Assembly: GCA_965140415.1 (NCBI GenBank) | Contig: OZ223209.1 | Location: forward strand, 2,560,001-2,624,000 | DNA length: 64,000 nt | Direction: 5' to 3' | Origin: Myxococcota bacterium | GTDB lineage: Bacteria > Myxococcota_A > SURF-8 | Shown here: positions 12,032 to 21,607 of the stretch, in pieces | Numbering within the stretch: position 1 is the stretch's first letter | Layout of the letters: every line of letters starts with the position of its first letter | Position numbers and translations under genes: made by a program | The notes under the pieces: model-generated | What the model was told of the DNA's origin: nothing | What the model saw: the letters and a program-made list of their open reading frames with translations, nothing else | Database searches by the model: none

Positions 12032-13354
12032 TTAAGGCTTTTGGTTGAACGTAGAGAAGACGTCACGTTCAACTTCGTTTTCTTTGCCAACCACAGCGAA
12101 GGAGAAGTCTACCATCGTCGCGCGGGCGGCGTCTCGAACCTGCTCGGGAGTTACCTCGCGAATCGCATCGATAACCGCGTTGCGGTTTTGATAACCACCC
12201 AAATAAACTTCAGCAGCGGAAAGAAAACCGGCTTGTGATTGATTGGCTTCGATGGCCATGTAGAATTTCGTACGATAAACAGCCTTGGCTGCCTTTAAAT
12301 CTTCCGGTGCGATTAGTTCCGTTTTTAATCGCTGCACTTCGTTGTAAATTGCGGGTAGTGCCTCGTTTTCATTCGGAGTGGTGACGTATAGATAGCCGAA
12401 GTTGCCATGATTGGAAGCCAGACCGCTATAGACCGCATAAGATAAGCCTCGCTTCGTTCGGACTTCGTCCCACAGACGCTGCGACAGCAATTCCAAACCG
12501 ATTTTCAAAGCGGCGTAATGTGGTTTCCCTGGAGCGGGTGTCACAAACTTTCCAAGGATATACTGGGTGGGCTGCTCCCGGTCTTGAATCGTGAGCCATT
12601 CGGAAGATGGTGTCAGTCTCGGTGCTACGGCCTTAGACGGTAAATCGCGAGAGGTTTGTCCGAACAGAGAGTCCAGCAAGGGGCGAAGTTCATTAATCGA
12701 TAAATCTCCGACAATGACCAGAAAATGTCCCTGCTCGCGAATAAGATCTTTATGATGTTTTACGAGATCTTCCCGAGTGAAGCTGGTTACACTGGTTTCC
12801 GTGCCGTCGATATCGTTTTTGTAGGGATGGCCTGCATAAAACTGTTCGTTTAAAACAAGTGACAACAATTGATCTGGATCATCCTGTTTTGCTCGAATGC
12901 TGGCTAATTGTTGTTGTCGCTGCAATTCGATTTCATCTTCTTTCAATAAAGGTTGCGCAAGCACATCGGCAAGGATTTTCAGCATCGGTTCGGCAAAAGG
13001 CCGGATGGAGCGGATTTTCAGTAGCGAGTAATCCTTGTCCACGGACGATTGCAAACTGGCGCCCATGCGATCCAGTTCCTGATTCAACGTTAGCTTCGGA
13101 TGGTTGAGACTGCCCTCGATCATTACCTGTAATAAAAGCTCCTCGACGCCAGCAGTAGCCTCCGTTTGGCGCAATGCGGCTCCTGGCATTACCAGTTGCA
13201 CTGCCACCACTTCATTGTTCGGTGTTGGCAGAAAGATTACTTTCAGGCCGTTCTCTAGTGTAAAATCGACGGCGGGATCGTTTGTCTCTGTAGCTTGTAA
13301 ACCAGCGGGAAGCAACCATACAAACAAAAGAAATGTGATGATTTGACGAGTCAT
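12032..13354 (-). CDS. M16 family peptidase, non-catalytic subunit
   Basis: TLENGLKV and EVRTKRGLSY motifs; HxxEH is replaced (EELLLQ). Confidence 0.88.
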   Translation of the reverse strand: MTRQIITFLLFVWLLPAGLQATETNDPAVDFTLENGLKVIFLPTPNNEVVAVQLVMPGAALRQTEATAGVEELLLQVMIEGSLNHPKLTLNQELDRMGASLQSSVDKDYSLLKIRSIRPFAEPMLKILADVLAQPLLKEDEIELQRQQQLASIRAKQDDPDQLLSLVLNEQFYAGHPYKNDIDGTETSVTSFTREDLVKHHKDLIREQGHFLVIVGDLSINELRPLLDSLFGQTSRDLPSKAVAPRLTPSSEWLTIQDREQPTQYILGKFVTPAPGKPHYAALKIGLELLSQRLWDEVRTKRGLSYAVYSGLASNHGNFGYLYVTTPNENEALPAIYNEVQRLKTELIAPEDLKAAKAVYRTKFYMAIEANQSQAGFLSAAEVYLGGYQNRNAVIDAIREVTPEQVRDAARATMVDFSFAVVGKENEVERDVFSTFNQKP

Positions 13355-14790
13355 GGGCGGACCTCCTTTTCATCTTGTGCGGAAGCCATCGCCGCTTCGA
13401 TACTTGCGCGATATTCACTGGCCGTCAATATGCCCAGGATTTTGGGTTGGTCAATCACATAGCGATTTAAATAACGTTCGATATCCGCTATGGTTACGGA
13501 CTCCACATTTTTAATGTAGTTAAGGCGATAGTCAGTGTCGGCAACGCACCACCAAAATCCAAGTTCCTGGGCGATAGTGGAAGAGCGTTCGAAACTGTAC
13601 ACGCTTTCTATGGCCAGCATGCGCTTTGCGTTTTCCAATTCCTGCTCCGAGAAATAGTCTGGTTGCACAAATCGGGGAAATTCCTCGCGGATCGCGGTCA
13701 GTGCCTCGGCGGCTCGCTGGGGAGAGGTGAAGCCCGTCAGGTAAATTGGTCCAACATGGCGTTGGGTGAAATAGCTGAAGGAGGCGCCCAGAAGGAGACC
13801 GGAATCCACCAGTCGTTTTTGAAAACCGGATGCGCGTTGTTGAAGAATGTAGGAAAATACATCTGCGGCATACGTGGCGATCGGGTCTTCCGAAACACTC
13901 GGGCCTTGCCAGCCGAATTGAAGAATCACGTTCTGGAAAGGACGTTCGACAATAAAGCTTCCATCCTTTGTTAATGGGGGATGCGTTGGAACTGGATGCT
14001 TGATGTAAGGATCGTCGGTCTGCGACCATTCTCTAAACAGTGGTTCAACCATTGCTTTGACCTGCGAGGCAGTCACGTCGCCGGAGACGATCAACAGGGA
14101 GTTGTTGGGGACGTAATACCGATTCTTTACGGTTTGCATCTTTTCTCGTGTTACGCTCGAAATCACATCACGTTCGCCTATGACGTTTTTACGAGAAGGA
14201 TATTTCGAAAACAGTGCTTTCGTCATCGCCTGGTGCAAATAAAAAACCGGGCTGGATTCGTTACGGTCGTATTCATTCAGTACTACAGATACTTCTCGTC
14301 GCAATTCGCCTTCTTCGAATATGGGAGAAACCAGCGCGTCACGCATGAAGGTCAGGCCTTCTTGTAGATTCTCTTTTGGCAAGGTGAAGTAATATTGCAC
14401 CGATTCGGTTGAGGTCGAACCGTTGAAAGACATTCCTAACTCACGTGTGCGGCGCATGTAGCTTTGTTGATCGGGCAGCACCGTGTTTCCCTTGAAAAAC
14501 ATGTGCTCGTACAGGTGAGAAAGTCCGTCGTATTCGGGCGATTCGGCCATCGCGCCGTTTTTTACCGCCGTAAGAATCGTGACCAGAGGTACGGTCTTTC
14601 GTTGCACAACGAGTACCTCAAGACCGTTTTCCAACGTAAACCGATCAATCGCTCCGCTAGGATCTTTCAAATTCAAGACTGTCGGAGATTTACCTTCAGG
14701 CTTTGGTTTTGCGCTGGTGCAGGCCATAATCGAAACGGCCAGTAACAGCCATGTAATCATCAGGATCGCGTATCTTCGATTTTTACACAT
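13351..14790 (-). CDS. M16 family zinc peptidase, catalytic subunit (lipoprotein)
   Basis: GLSHLYEHMFFKG (HxxEH), VVLNE, lipobox IMAC; RBS GGAGG before ATG 14790. Confidence 0.92.
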   Translation of the reverse strand: MCKNRRYAILMITWLLLAVSIMACTSAKPKPEGKSPTVLNLKDPSGAIDRFTLENGLEVLVVQRKTVPLVTILTAVKNGAMAESPEYDGLSHLYEHMFFKGNTVLPDQQSYMRRTRELGMSFNGSTSTESVQYYFTLPKENLQEGLTFMRDALVSPIFEEGELRREVSVVLNEYDRNESSPVFYLHQAMTKALFSKYPSRKNVIGERDVISSVTREKMQTVKNRYYVPNNSLLIVSGDVTASQVKAMVEPLFREWSQTDDPYIKHPVPTHPPLTKDGSFIVERPFQNVILQFGWQGPSVSEDPIATYAADVFSYILQQRASGFQKRLVDSGLLLGASFSYFTQRHVGPIYLTGFTSPQRAAEALTAIREEFPRFVQPDYFSEQELENAKRMLAIESVYSFERSSTIAQELGFWWCVADTDYRLNYIKNVESVTIADIERYLNRYVIDQPKILGILTASEYRASIEAAMASAQDEKEVRP

Positions 14791-14897
14791 TGTGCTTCCT
14801 CCACTTCTGCAAAATCGCTCCCACCGTAGCAATCCTGTATTTATTGTGTCAAGGTGAATTGTTGGAACGATTTTCCTGGACGTGATATACTGCTGCC

Positions 14898-15908
14898 ATG
14901 AAGGAAGCGCGTTGGTACAAAAAAGAAGAGGGGGGGCGGGTCCGTTGCGGGCTATGCGCCCATCGATGTTTGATAAAACCGGGAAAAAAGGGCATTTGTG
15001 GCGTGCGGGAAAACCAGGATGGCACGCTATATACTCTGGTGTACGACAAGGTCATCGCAACGCACATCGATCCGATAGAGAAAAAACCTCTTTTTCATGT
15101 AAAACCGGGGTCATTCAGTTTTTCGATGGCTACCGTTGGATGCAACTTCCGCTGCCGTTTCTGCCAGAATCACGATATCAGTCAGTGGCCTCAACAAAAC
15201 GAGGGGCTACTGCCGGGAGAATCAGTGTCTTCTTCACGGTTGGTACAGGCGGCGAAAGACAACGGATGCGAAACGATTTCGTTTACGTATACCGAACCAA
15301 CGATTTTTGCAGAGTTGGCGTATGATGTTGCCGTTGAAGCCAGAAAGCAGGGCATCGACTCCGTTTTTGTAAGTAACGGTTACATGAGCCGCGAAATGAT
15401 AAGCGACTTCGGGGAGCTTATAAAAGCGGCAAATATCGATTTGAAGTGTTTTAGCGACGACAGTTACAGGCGGGTGATCGGTGCTCACTTAAAGCCAGTA
15501 CTAGACTCCATTGCCGCACTGCATGAAAACGGGACGTTTCTTGAAATTACCACGCTTGTGATTCCTGGTTTCAATGATTCGGAAGCGGAACTAGAGCAAA
15601 TTGCCGGATTCATCGCTGAACTGGATGATAATATTCCCTGGCATATCTCTGCTTTTCATCCCGATTATCACATGCTGGATCGTGCGCGAACCGAAACTGA
15701 AAGTTTACATCGCGCTTATCGTATTGGTAAAAACAAAGGTTTGAAGTATGTCTATACAGGCAACCTGCCTGGGGATCGACACGAATCCACCTACTGTCCT
15801 TCTTGTAATGCTTGCGTAATTGAGCGCATGGGATTTCGAGTGTTGGCGACTCGGATGGTGGCTGGGAGCTGTGCTTCGTGTGGGGAGGTTATTGCAGGGA
15901 TTTATTGA
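14898..15908 (+). CDS. amrS: AmmeMemoRadiSam system radical SAM enzyme
   Basis: N-terminal CGLCAHRC...GICGVR, DPIEKKPLFH, GCNFRCRFCQN, FTYTEP and HISAFHPDY motifs. Confidence 0.9.
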   Translation: MKEARWYKKEEGGRVRCGLCAHRCLIKPGKKGICGVRENQDGTLYTLVYDKVIATHIDPIEKKPLFHVKPGSFSFSMATVGCNFRCRFCQNHDISQWPQQNEGLLPGESVSSSRLVQAAKDNGCETISFTYTEPTIFAELAYDVAVEARKQGIDSVFVSNGYMSREMISDFGELIKAANIDLKCFSDDSYRRVIGAHLKPVLDSIAALHENGTFLEITTLVIPGFNDSEAELEQIAGFIAELDDNIPWHISAFHPDYHMLDRARTETESLHRAYRIGKNKGLKYVYTGNLPGDRHESTYCPSCNACVIERMGFRVLATRMVAGSCASCGEVIAGIY

Positions 15909-15933
15909 CGCCAAGTACATCCGCAATTATAAT
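15905..15933 (+). promoter_or_regulatory. sigma70-type promoter
   Basis: TTGACG-N17-TATAAT upstream of ORF 15986. Confidence 0.65.
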
Positions 15934-15985
15934 AAATGCATTGGATCACCTTGGATGTCCATCCCATTGATGGGGAGTCTGCTTC

Positions 15986-16372
15986 ATGAAGAAATTGTTA
16001 ATTGGGGTCGTTCTGCTCGCCATACTAGTGTGGGCGGTTTGTTCCATACCGGCAGTGCGTAACTTTGTCAGTGCTCCGGCAGACATGGTGGACGCTGTGT
16101 CTACAGGTATGGAGATAAAGCAGATCCAATCGTTGATTGCAGGGTTCCAGAAAAAGAGTAAGCGCTGGCCTACCGAGGAAGAATTTCAACAGTTGATCGA
16201 GCAGGCGTTTCCCAAAGATCGCACCGATTCGCTTGGCTCCGACAGTCTGGTTGATCTTTGGGGTGAGCCATATAATTATTTCCGTAAGGGATCCGGGTTC
16301 GCTCTGGTGAGCATGGGACCGGATCGCAAACCCGGCACGCAGGACGATATAATTCTGCTTCAAAGGAACTGA
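15986..16372 (+). CDS. T2SS GspG-like C-terminal domain membrane protein
   Basis: DLWGEPYNY...LVSMGPDRKPGTQDDI resembles the GspG C-terminus; no prepilin GFxLxE motif. Confidence 0.7.
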   Translation: MKKLLIGVVLLAILVWAVCSIPAVRNFVSAPADMVDAVSTGMEIKQIQSLIAGFQKKSKRWPTEEEFQQLIEQAFPKDRTDSLGSDSLVDLWGEPYNYFRKGSGFALVSMGPDRKPGTQDDIILLQRN

Positions 16373-16373
16373 C

Positions 16374-16937
16374 ATGGCCCAGAGTAAACCGTTTAAACGT
16401 AAGCGTTATCTGATTCAAAAAAACTTTCAGTTTTCGTATATCGGGAAAATCTTGGCCTTGGAACTGCTCGCGGTCGGGGCCACGGCTTTGTTGATGAGCT
16501 ATATGTTTCTCTACGTCTTTAACGATGCTGCGATGGTTTCAAGTGGTCCGTGGGGAAAGGGCATCTTCTGGTCCACCATTGTGCTGGGAATAGTTCTGAT
16601 GCTTATTTTAGGCTATCTTGGCGTCTTGGTTTCTCATCGCATCGCAGGTCCGATGTTTCGATTTGAAAAGACATTTCGCGAGGTGCAAGACGGCAATCTG
16701 AAAGTGCGTGTGTATCTGCGCGGCAAAGATGAAATGAAACCCTTGGCGCAAGCTTTCAACTCCATGCTTGATACGTTGGTGGAACGTATTCAACCAGCGT
16801 CCGTAGAGCCAAACCAAATAAATAGTCCCAAAAATCAGATACAGAGTATTTTAGTTGCTGTGGCCAATTCCGATCTGCCTGCAAACGAAAAAGACCAATA
16901 TCGTAAAACGCTGGAAGGACTTAAAGCCAAACTATAA
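16374..16937 (+). CDS. Two-TM HAMP domain protein
   Basis: KRKRYLIQKNFQ, two hydrophobic helices, SHRIAGP...GNL...LRGKDEM...FNSM. Confidence 0.8.
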   Translation: MAQSKPFKRKRYLIQKNFQFSYIGKILALELLAVGATALLMSYMFLYVFNDAAMVSSGPWGKGIFWSTIVLGIVLMLILGYLGVLVSHRIAGPMFRFEKTFREVQDGNLKVRVYLRGKDEMKPLAQAFNSMLDTLVERIQPASVEPNQINSPKNQIQSILVAVANSDLPANEKDQYRKTLEGLKAKL

Positions 16938-17084
16938 CGGAAGGGGTTTGCGTTAAGCCGCTTATTGTTGGAGCGGCAACAGCTGTAGAGGGGCGAACTG
17001 TTTTCTCCAGAGGTCTGGTTGGTACTTGTGGTTTGTGGTCGGGTGCCTTTATCGTTTGATACGTGTGAACCAATCCAACAAAGA

Positions 17085-17197
17085 ATAGAAAAAGCGGACG
17101 GCGAAGTCCTGACCTCGAAAGCAACCACTCTGCCACTTGGGGGGGACGGTGGGACTCTAAAGCGGTCGTCTCAAGGTCAGGACTTCGCCGCCCGCTA
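17085..17197 (-). ncRNA. Candidate small RNA: long hairpin with C-rich loop and U tail
   Basis: ~26 bp outer stem plus ~10 bp inner stem whose mismatches are G.U only on the minus strand; CCCCCCC loop; ends in TTTTTCT; TTGACA (17233-17228)-N17-AATCAT upstream. Confidence 0.6.
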
Positions 17198-17311
17198 ACT
17201 ATATATGATTACCAAACTTTGCCCCGATGTCAAGAGGAGACGACAGAAATTTACACCACAGTTTAATGTGAAACTTGGCAGACAGTAAATACTACTTGTA
17301 ATATCAAATGA

Positions 17312-17857
17312 TTACCAGACCCACTCGGTTTTCCCCAATTCAGATAAAAGATTTTTTGGAACCCAGCCTTGCACGGATTGTCCAGTTTTTAATGCTTCTC
17401 GTAGCTTTGTACTGGATAAGTCAGGTAGTACCAGCCGATCCTGCGATTCCAGAAAATGATTTTGCCGACCGATCCAAATAATGGGAAACTGTGTTTGCAG
17501 ATCGTCGAAACGCTTCCAACGATCCTTCTCTCCACGAATGTCTGAGCCGAGAATCAGAGAGAAGTGAATGTCCGGGTGGCGTGATGCAAGGGATTCCATG
17601 GTGTCGATAGTACGGTTTTCATTCGGTAGTGTTCGTTCGATATCATTGACTTGGCAGGAGTCGCCGAAAGGCTCTGCCAGCAGTTCACACAGTCGATGGC
17701 GAAGTCCATAAGGGGCAAGTGCCTTTCCGAATGCGTGTTGGTTACAAGGGACCAGCCACACCTGATCGATGTTGCAGCTTTGCAGTGCATAAAAAATGGT
17801 TAGTTGGTGGCAGATGTGAGGGGGATTGAAACTGCCACCATAAACTGCAACTTGCAT
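17312..17857 (-). CDS. nadD: Nicotinate-nucleotide adenylyltransferase
   Basis: YGGSFNPPHICH, TIDT, ILGSD and LSSTKLR motifs; downstream of nadE. Confidence 0.9.
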   Translation of the reverse strand: MQVAVYGGSFNPPHICHQLTIFYALQSCNIDQVWLVPCNQHAFGKALAPYGLRHRLCELLAEPFGDSCQVNDIERTLPNENRTIDTMESLASRHPDIHFSLILGSDIRGEKDRWKRFDDLQTQFPIIWIGRQNHFLESQDRLVLPDLSSTKLREALKTGQSVQGWVPKNLLSELGKTEWVW

Positions 17858-17861
17858 GGTT

Positions 17862-18716
17862 TTAGAATCCCCAGTCTCGAGCATAATTGAAATCCCTGTC
17901 GATCGTGCGCGGACTGACCTTGGCAATAACAGGCAGGCGACGCTTGAATTGAGAGGAACGAATCATCTCCTGAATGCGCTGGATGAAGGTCGTATCGAAG
18001 CCAGCTTCAATCAATTCATCAACCGAGCGACGACGGTCGATCATGGCAATTAACAGCCGATCGACTTCGGCATAGGTGAATCCCAGTTGTCCTTCATCTG
18101 TCTGTCCGGACCATAAATCGGCGCTAGGTGGTTTGTTGAGGATAGCTTCCGGAACACCTAAATGTGCGGCCAACTGGAAAATCTGCATTTTGTACAGATC
18201 GCCGATCGGATTGATGGCGCTGGCCAAATCACCGTGCAGGGTGCCGTAACCTAATAGCAGTTCCGTTTTATTACTGGTGCCCAATACCAGTGCGCGTTCG
18301 ATTACCGAGAAATCGTACAGGATCGTCATACGTTCCCGGGCCATTTTGTTACCGATGCGGTTTCTCATCACCGCTTCATCATTGCTGGTAGGAATTTCCG
18401 GCTTATCAAAGTAAGTTTCAACTTGTGGAGAAACGGACACGACGTGATGCCTGGGTAGTTGCAGATCTTCAACACAGGCCAGCGCATCTTTCAGGCTGTT
18501 CGGGTTGGAAACACCAGATGGCATGATCACCGGAATGACATTTTCCTTGCCTAAAGCCCGGGCTGCCAAATAGCAAACTACGGCGGAATCAATGCCTCCG
18601 GAAAGTCCCAGCACCACGCGATTCACGCCCACCTTGGTAACTTCATCCATCAGAAAGGCCGACAATATCCGTTCAACTAGAACCGGTGAAATTTCAAGTT
18701 CTTTTGCTGCATTCAT
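17862..18716 (-). CDS. nadE: NAD+ synthetase (synthetase domain only)
   Basis: LGLSGGIDS, GNKMARERM, GTSNKTE, PIGDLYK and KPPSADLWSGQTDE motifs. Confidence 0.95.
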   Translation of the reverse strand: MNAAKELEISPVLVERILSAFLMDEVTKVGVNRVVLGLSGGIDSAVVCYLAARALGKENVIPVIMPSGVSNPNSLKDALACVEDLQLPRHHVVSVSPQVETYFDKPEIPTSNDEAVMRNRIGNKMARERMTILYDFSVIERALVLGTSNKTELLLGYGTLHGDLASAINPIGDLYKMQIFQLAAHLGVPEAILNKPPSADLWSGQTDEGQLGFTYAEVDRLLIAMIDRRRSVDELIEAGFDTTFIQRIQEMIRSSQFKRRLPVIAKVSPRTIDRDFNYARDWGF

Positions 18717-18719
18717 AGT

Positions 18720-19622
18720 CTATTCTCCGTCCAGATGCTGTCGCCCGATACGTTTCAACTCGCGCGTGAGCAACTCGTAGTCGTCCATCGCTCCACCGGG
18801 CAGCATGATGCGTTGCTCACGGATCAAAGCACCTGGATCGACATCCGCCACCAACATGTCCTCGTCGAACAGTTTCGCACGGGCGATTTCTATGCCTCCT
18901 GGGCCGACTATTGCTGATCCGCCTGTGTAGACGAAGCCGTCTTCTACACCCACGCGCTGGCAGACCAACACCAGGGCGTTGTTCGTCAATGCGGCTGATT
19001 GTGCCAATACACGCCAGCGATCGGCGTTGGCGGGTTCTTCTCGTCCGCTTTCCACTCCTCGTGCAGGAGAGTTGGCGCCCACGATCATTACTCCAACGCC
19101 TTCCAGTTTGGGACCGTCGAGGGCAAGCATCAATGTGTTGGCCGGATGCCAGAGATCTTCGCATATCAGCAGACCACAGCGGCCCAGCAGCGGCGAATCG
19201 TAGGCTCGCAGGCTGTTGCCACGGCTGAAATAGCGTTCTTCTTCGAACATGCCATAGGTCGGCAGGTTGATTTTGCGGTGATTGTGCAGCAACTGCGCCT
19301 TGCCTGCTTTGTCGATATGGAGATGTGCCATGGCATTGTAGTATTGATAACCGGCAGACTGTTCCAGGTAGCCACAGACAATTTCGATTTCGCGTCCCAC
19401 GCCTAACCCGCTCCAAAGATCGAGGAGGCGATCCGGTGTCAATGCCACATCAGAAGTCAGGTCTTTTAGTTGATAGCCGGTTAGCGACAATTCGGGAAAC
19501 ACCACCAGATCTGCGCCTTGAGTGCGTTGATCGGCGACGATGCGTGCTTGTCGCTGGAAATTATATTCAACCTGTCCAAGTTTACTGGATACTTGCACCA
19601 ATGCCAGTTTGATCGTCGGCAT
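18720..19622 (-). CDS. Nitrilase-family amidase, probable glutaminase subunit for NadE
   Basis: Catalytic E-K-C in VFPEL, HRKINLPTYGMFEEERYF and ICEDLW; immediately upstream of nadE. Confidence 0.88.
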   Translation of the reverse strand: MPTIKLALVQVSSKLGQVEYNFQRQARIVADQRTQGADLVVFPELSLTGYQLKDLTSDVALTPDRLLDLWSGLGVGREIEIVCGYLEQSAGYQYYNAMAHLHIDKAGKAQLLHNHRKINLPTYGMFEEERYFSRGNSLRAYDSPLLGRCGLLICEDLWHPANTLMLALDGPKLEGVGVMIVGANSPARGVESGREEPANADRWRVLAQSAALTNNALVLVCQRVGVEDGFVYTGGSAIVGPGGIEIARAKLFDEDMLVADVDPGALIREQRIMLPGGAMDDYELLTRELKRIGRQHLDGE

Positions 19623-19963
19623 ACCTTTTCCTCTAATCATCAAAACGAGTTCGTCTTAGTGGTTCAATAAGTTTTACCAACAACGAGTCATTAAGGTCGA
19701 TTTCTAGGTAAGCTGAACTTACTACCACAGAAATTACTGCCAGTGTAGTCGTCTTGTTGATGTATTTACAAGTTTTTCATGTGCAGTTGTGCAAACTTTC
19801 TTGCAATTGCGATCAATTCGAGTTGATCTGACCACAATGCCTTTTTCGTTGCAACCCAGCGGTAACTCACGTATAAACCTAGTGGCGTTTTTACTGAAAA
19901 ATGTTGAAGATGTAAACGGGCATAGATACTGTTAATAAATCATGGATTGAATGACGGAGCATT

Positions 19964-21550
19964 ATGGGACAACGAGGTAATATTCCAAGGAAAATCAAGG
20001 GATTTCGTGATGTCGAGCCTGAGGCGGCAGACTTTCGCCAGTGGATGGTCGAAACGATTTGCAACGTGTACCGGTCTTACGGTTTCGAACACTGGGATAC
20101 TCCGGCATTGGAATACGCGGATTGCCTGGGTAAATATTTACCCGACGCCGATAGCGTGGCGCAGGGCGTCTTTTCTTTCCGCAACCCAGAAGAGGAACCG
20201 ATTCTCGATACCTTGGGCAAGCCGCTGCGCGATGAGAAGAACAACGTATTGATGGAGAATCATTTCACCACGCTGCGTTATGATTTAACGGCTCCTCTTG
20301 CACGGTTGTATGCAGAAATGCTCTGGAACAAGGGCATGAAGAAAATCGATCCGAACACGTTCAAGCCGCCGCTATTACGTCGCTATCAATATGGACCGGT
20401 ATATCGTTTCGAAGCGAAACTGGATCCCGGTCGTTATCGAGAATTCTGGCAACTTGATTTCGATACCGTAGGCGTGGCCGATAGCGCTTGCGATGCGGAA
20501 GCCTGTTGTATTCTCTGTGATGCGCTGGAAGCGCTTGGCATCGAACGCGGCATGTATGAGGCGCGCATCAATAACCGCAAATTGCATCGTGGACTGTTTG
20601 AGAAGGTCGGGATTGCCGGACAGGAACAACTGGAACAGGATGTGATGCGGGTGATCGACAAGGTCGACAAAATCGGTGCAGACGGCGTGGTGGCCGAGTT
20701 GGGGAAGGGGCGCAAGGATCAGGAGTCCGGTGCGTTCATCGATGGTCTTGGCTTGTCTACCGAAAAGATCGATCCGATCCTTGGTTTCTTGCAATCCTGC
20801 ATCGGTCAGCAGAATCGCGAAGTGGTATTGGAGAATTTAACTTCGATGCTTGGCGATACTCCTTCGGGACGAGAAGGCATTGAGGAATTACAACAGATTC
20901 ATTCCCTGTTGCAGGATCTTGGTTATCAGGATGACCGGGTGGTGTTCGATCCTTCCGTTGCACGTGGCATGGCTTATTACACGGGACCGGTATTCGAAGT
21001 CGTTTCCAAGATGGAGTACAAAGACGAAAAGGGCAGGGTACGTCCTTTTGGCTCAATAAGCGGTGGTGGTCGATATGACGGGCTGGTCAAGCGTCTGTTA
21101 AACATCGAAATTCCAGCGACCGGAGCCTCTATCGGCGTGGATCGATTGATGGAACTGTTGCGCCAGATGCAAGCCCCGCGCAAAGGAAAAGGACCGGTGC
21201 TGATCGTCATGTTCGACGAGCATTTGAAAAACGAATATCACCGAATGGCCATGGAATTGCGCAGGGCAGGAATCGCTGCCGAGGTTTATTACGGCATTCA
21301 GCGGAAAATGAAGGCGCAGATGTCCTATGCGGACAGTAAAGACGCCCCGATCGCGGTATTGGCTGGAGAAGACGAGATGCGCAATGGAACGGTTTCGCTC
21401 AAAGATCTGACGCTTGGCAAGCGTTTGGCCGAGAAAGTCAAGGAACGTTCCGAGTGGCAAAAGGCACGACCGGCCCAGCAGGAAGTCGCTAGGGATAAAC
21501 TGGTTGAGAGTGTGGCGGACATTCTAAAGGCCCAGCAGAACGGGGAATAG
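19964..21550 (+). CDS. hisS: Histidine--tRNA ligase
   Basis: KGFRD, LRYDLT, GRYREFWQLDFD, RGMAYYTG and GGGRYD motifs; C-terminal anticodon-binding domain. Confidence 0.96.
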   Translation: MGQRGNIPRKIKGFRDVEPEAADFRQWMVETICNVYRSYGFEHWDTPALEYADCLGKYLPDADSVAQGVFSFRNPEEEPILDTLGKPLRDEKNNVLMENHFTTLRYDLTAPLARLYAEMLWNKGMKKIDPNTFKPPLLRRYQYGPVYRFEAKLDPGRYREFWQLDFDTVGVADSACDAEACCILCDALEALGIERGMYEARINNRKLHRGLFEKVGIAGQEQLEQDVMRVIDKVDKIGADGVVAELGKGRKDQESGAFIDGLGLSTEKIDPILGFLQSCIGQQNREVVLENLTSMLGDTPSGREGIEELQQIHSLLQDLGYQDDRVVFDPSVARGMAYYTGPVFEVVSKMEYKDEKGRVRPFGSISGGGRYDGLVKRLLNIEIPATGASIGVDRLMELLRQMQAPRKGKGPVLIVMFDEHLKNEYHRMAMELRRAGIAAEVYYGIQRKMKAQMSYADSKDAPIAVLAGEDEMRNGTVSLKDLTLGKRLAEKVKERSEWQKARPAQQEVARDKLVESVADILKAQQNGE

Positions 21551-21607
21551 CCGATTTCATAATGGAAAAGGCATCGTTCGTTTCCAATCTTTCTTATTCT
21601 TTTAAGG

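Noticed and set aside
15986-16372. True type II secretion major pseudopilin and T2SS locus
   Set aside because: No prepilin cleavage motif and no other gsp genes nearby.
17085-17197. Hairpin as 6S RNA, SRP RNA or tRNA (contains GTGGCAGAGTGG, like a D-arm)
   Set aside because: No central bubble, no SRP helix-8 motif, no T-arm or acceptor stem.
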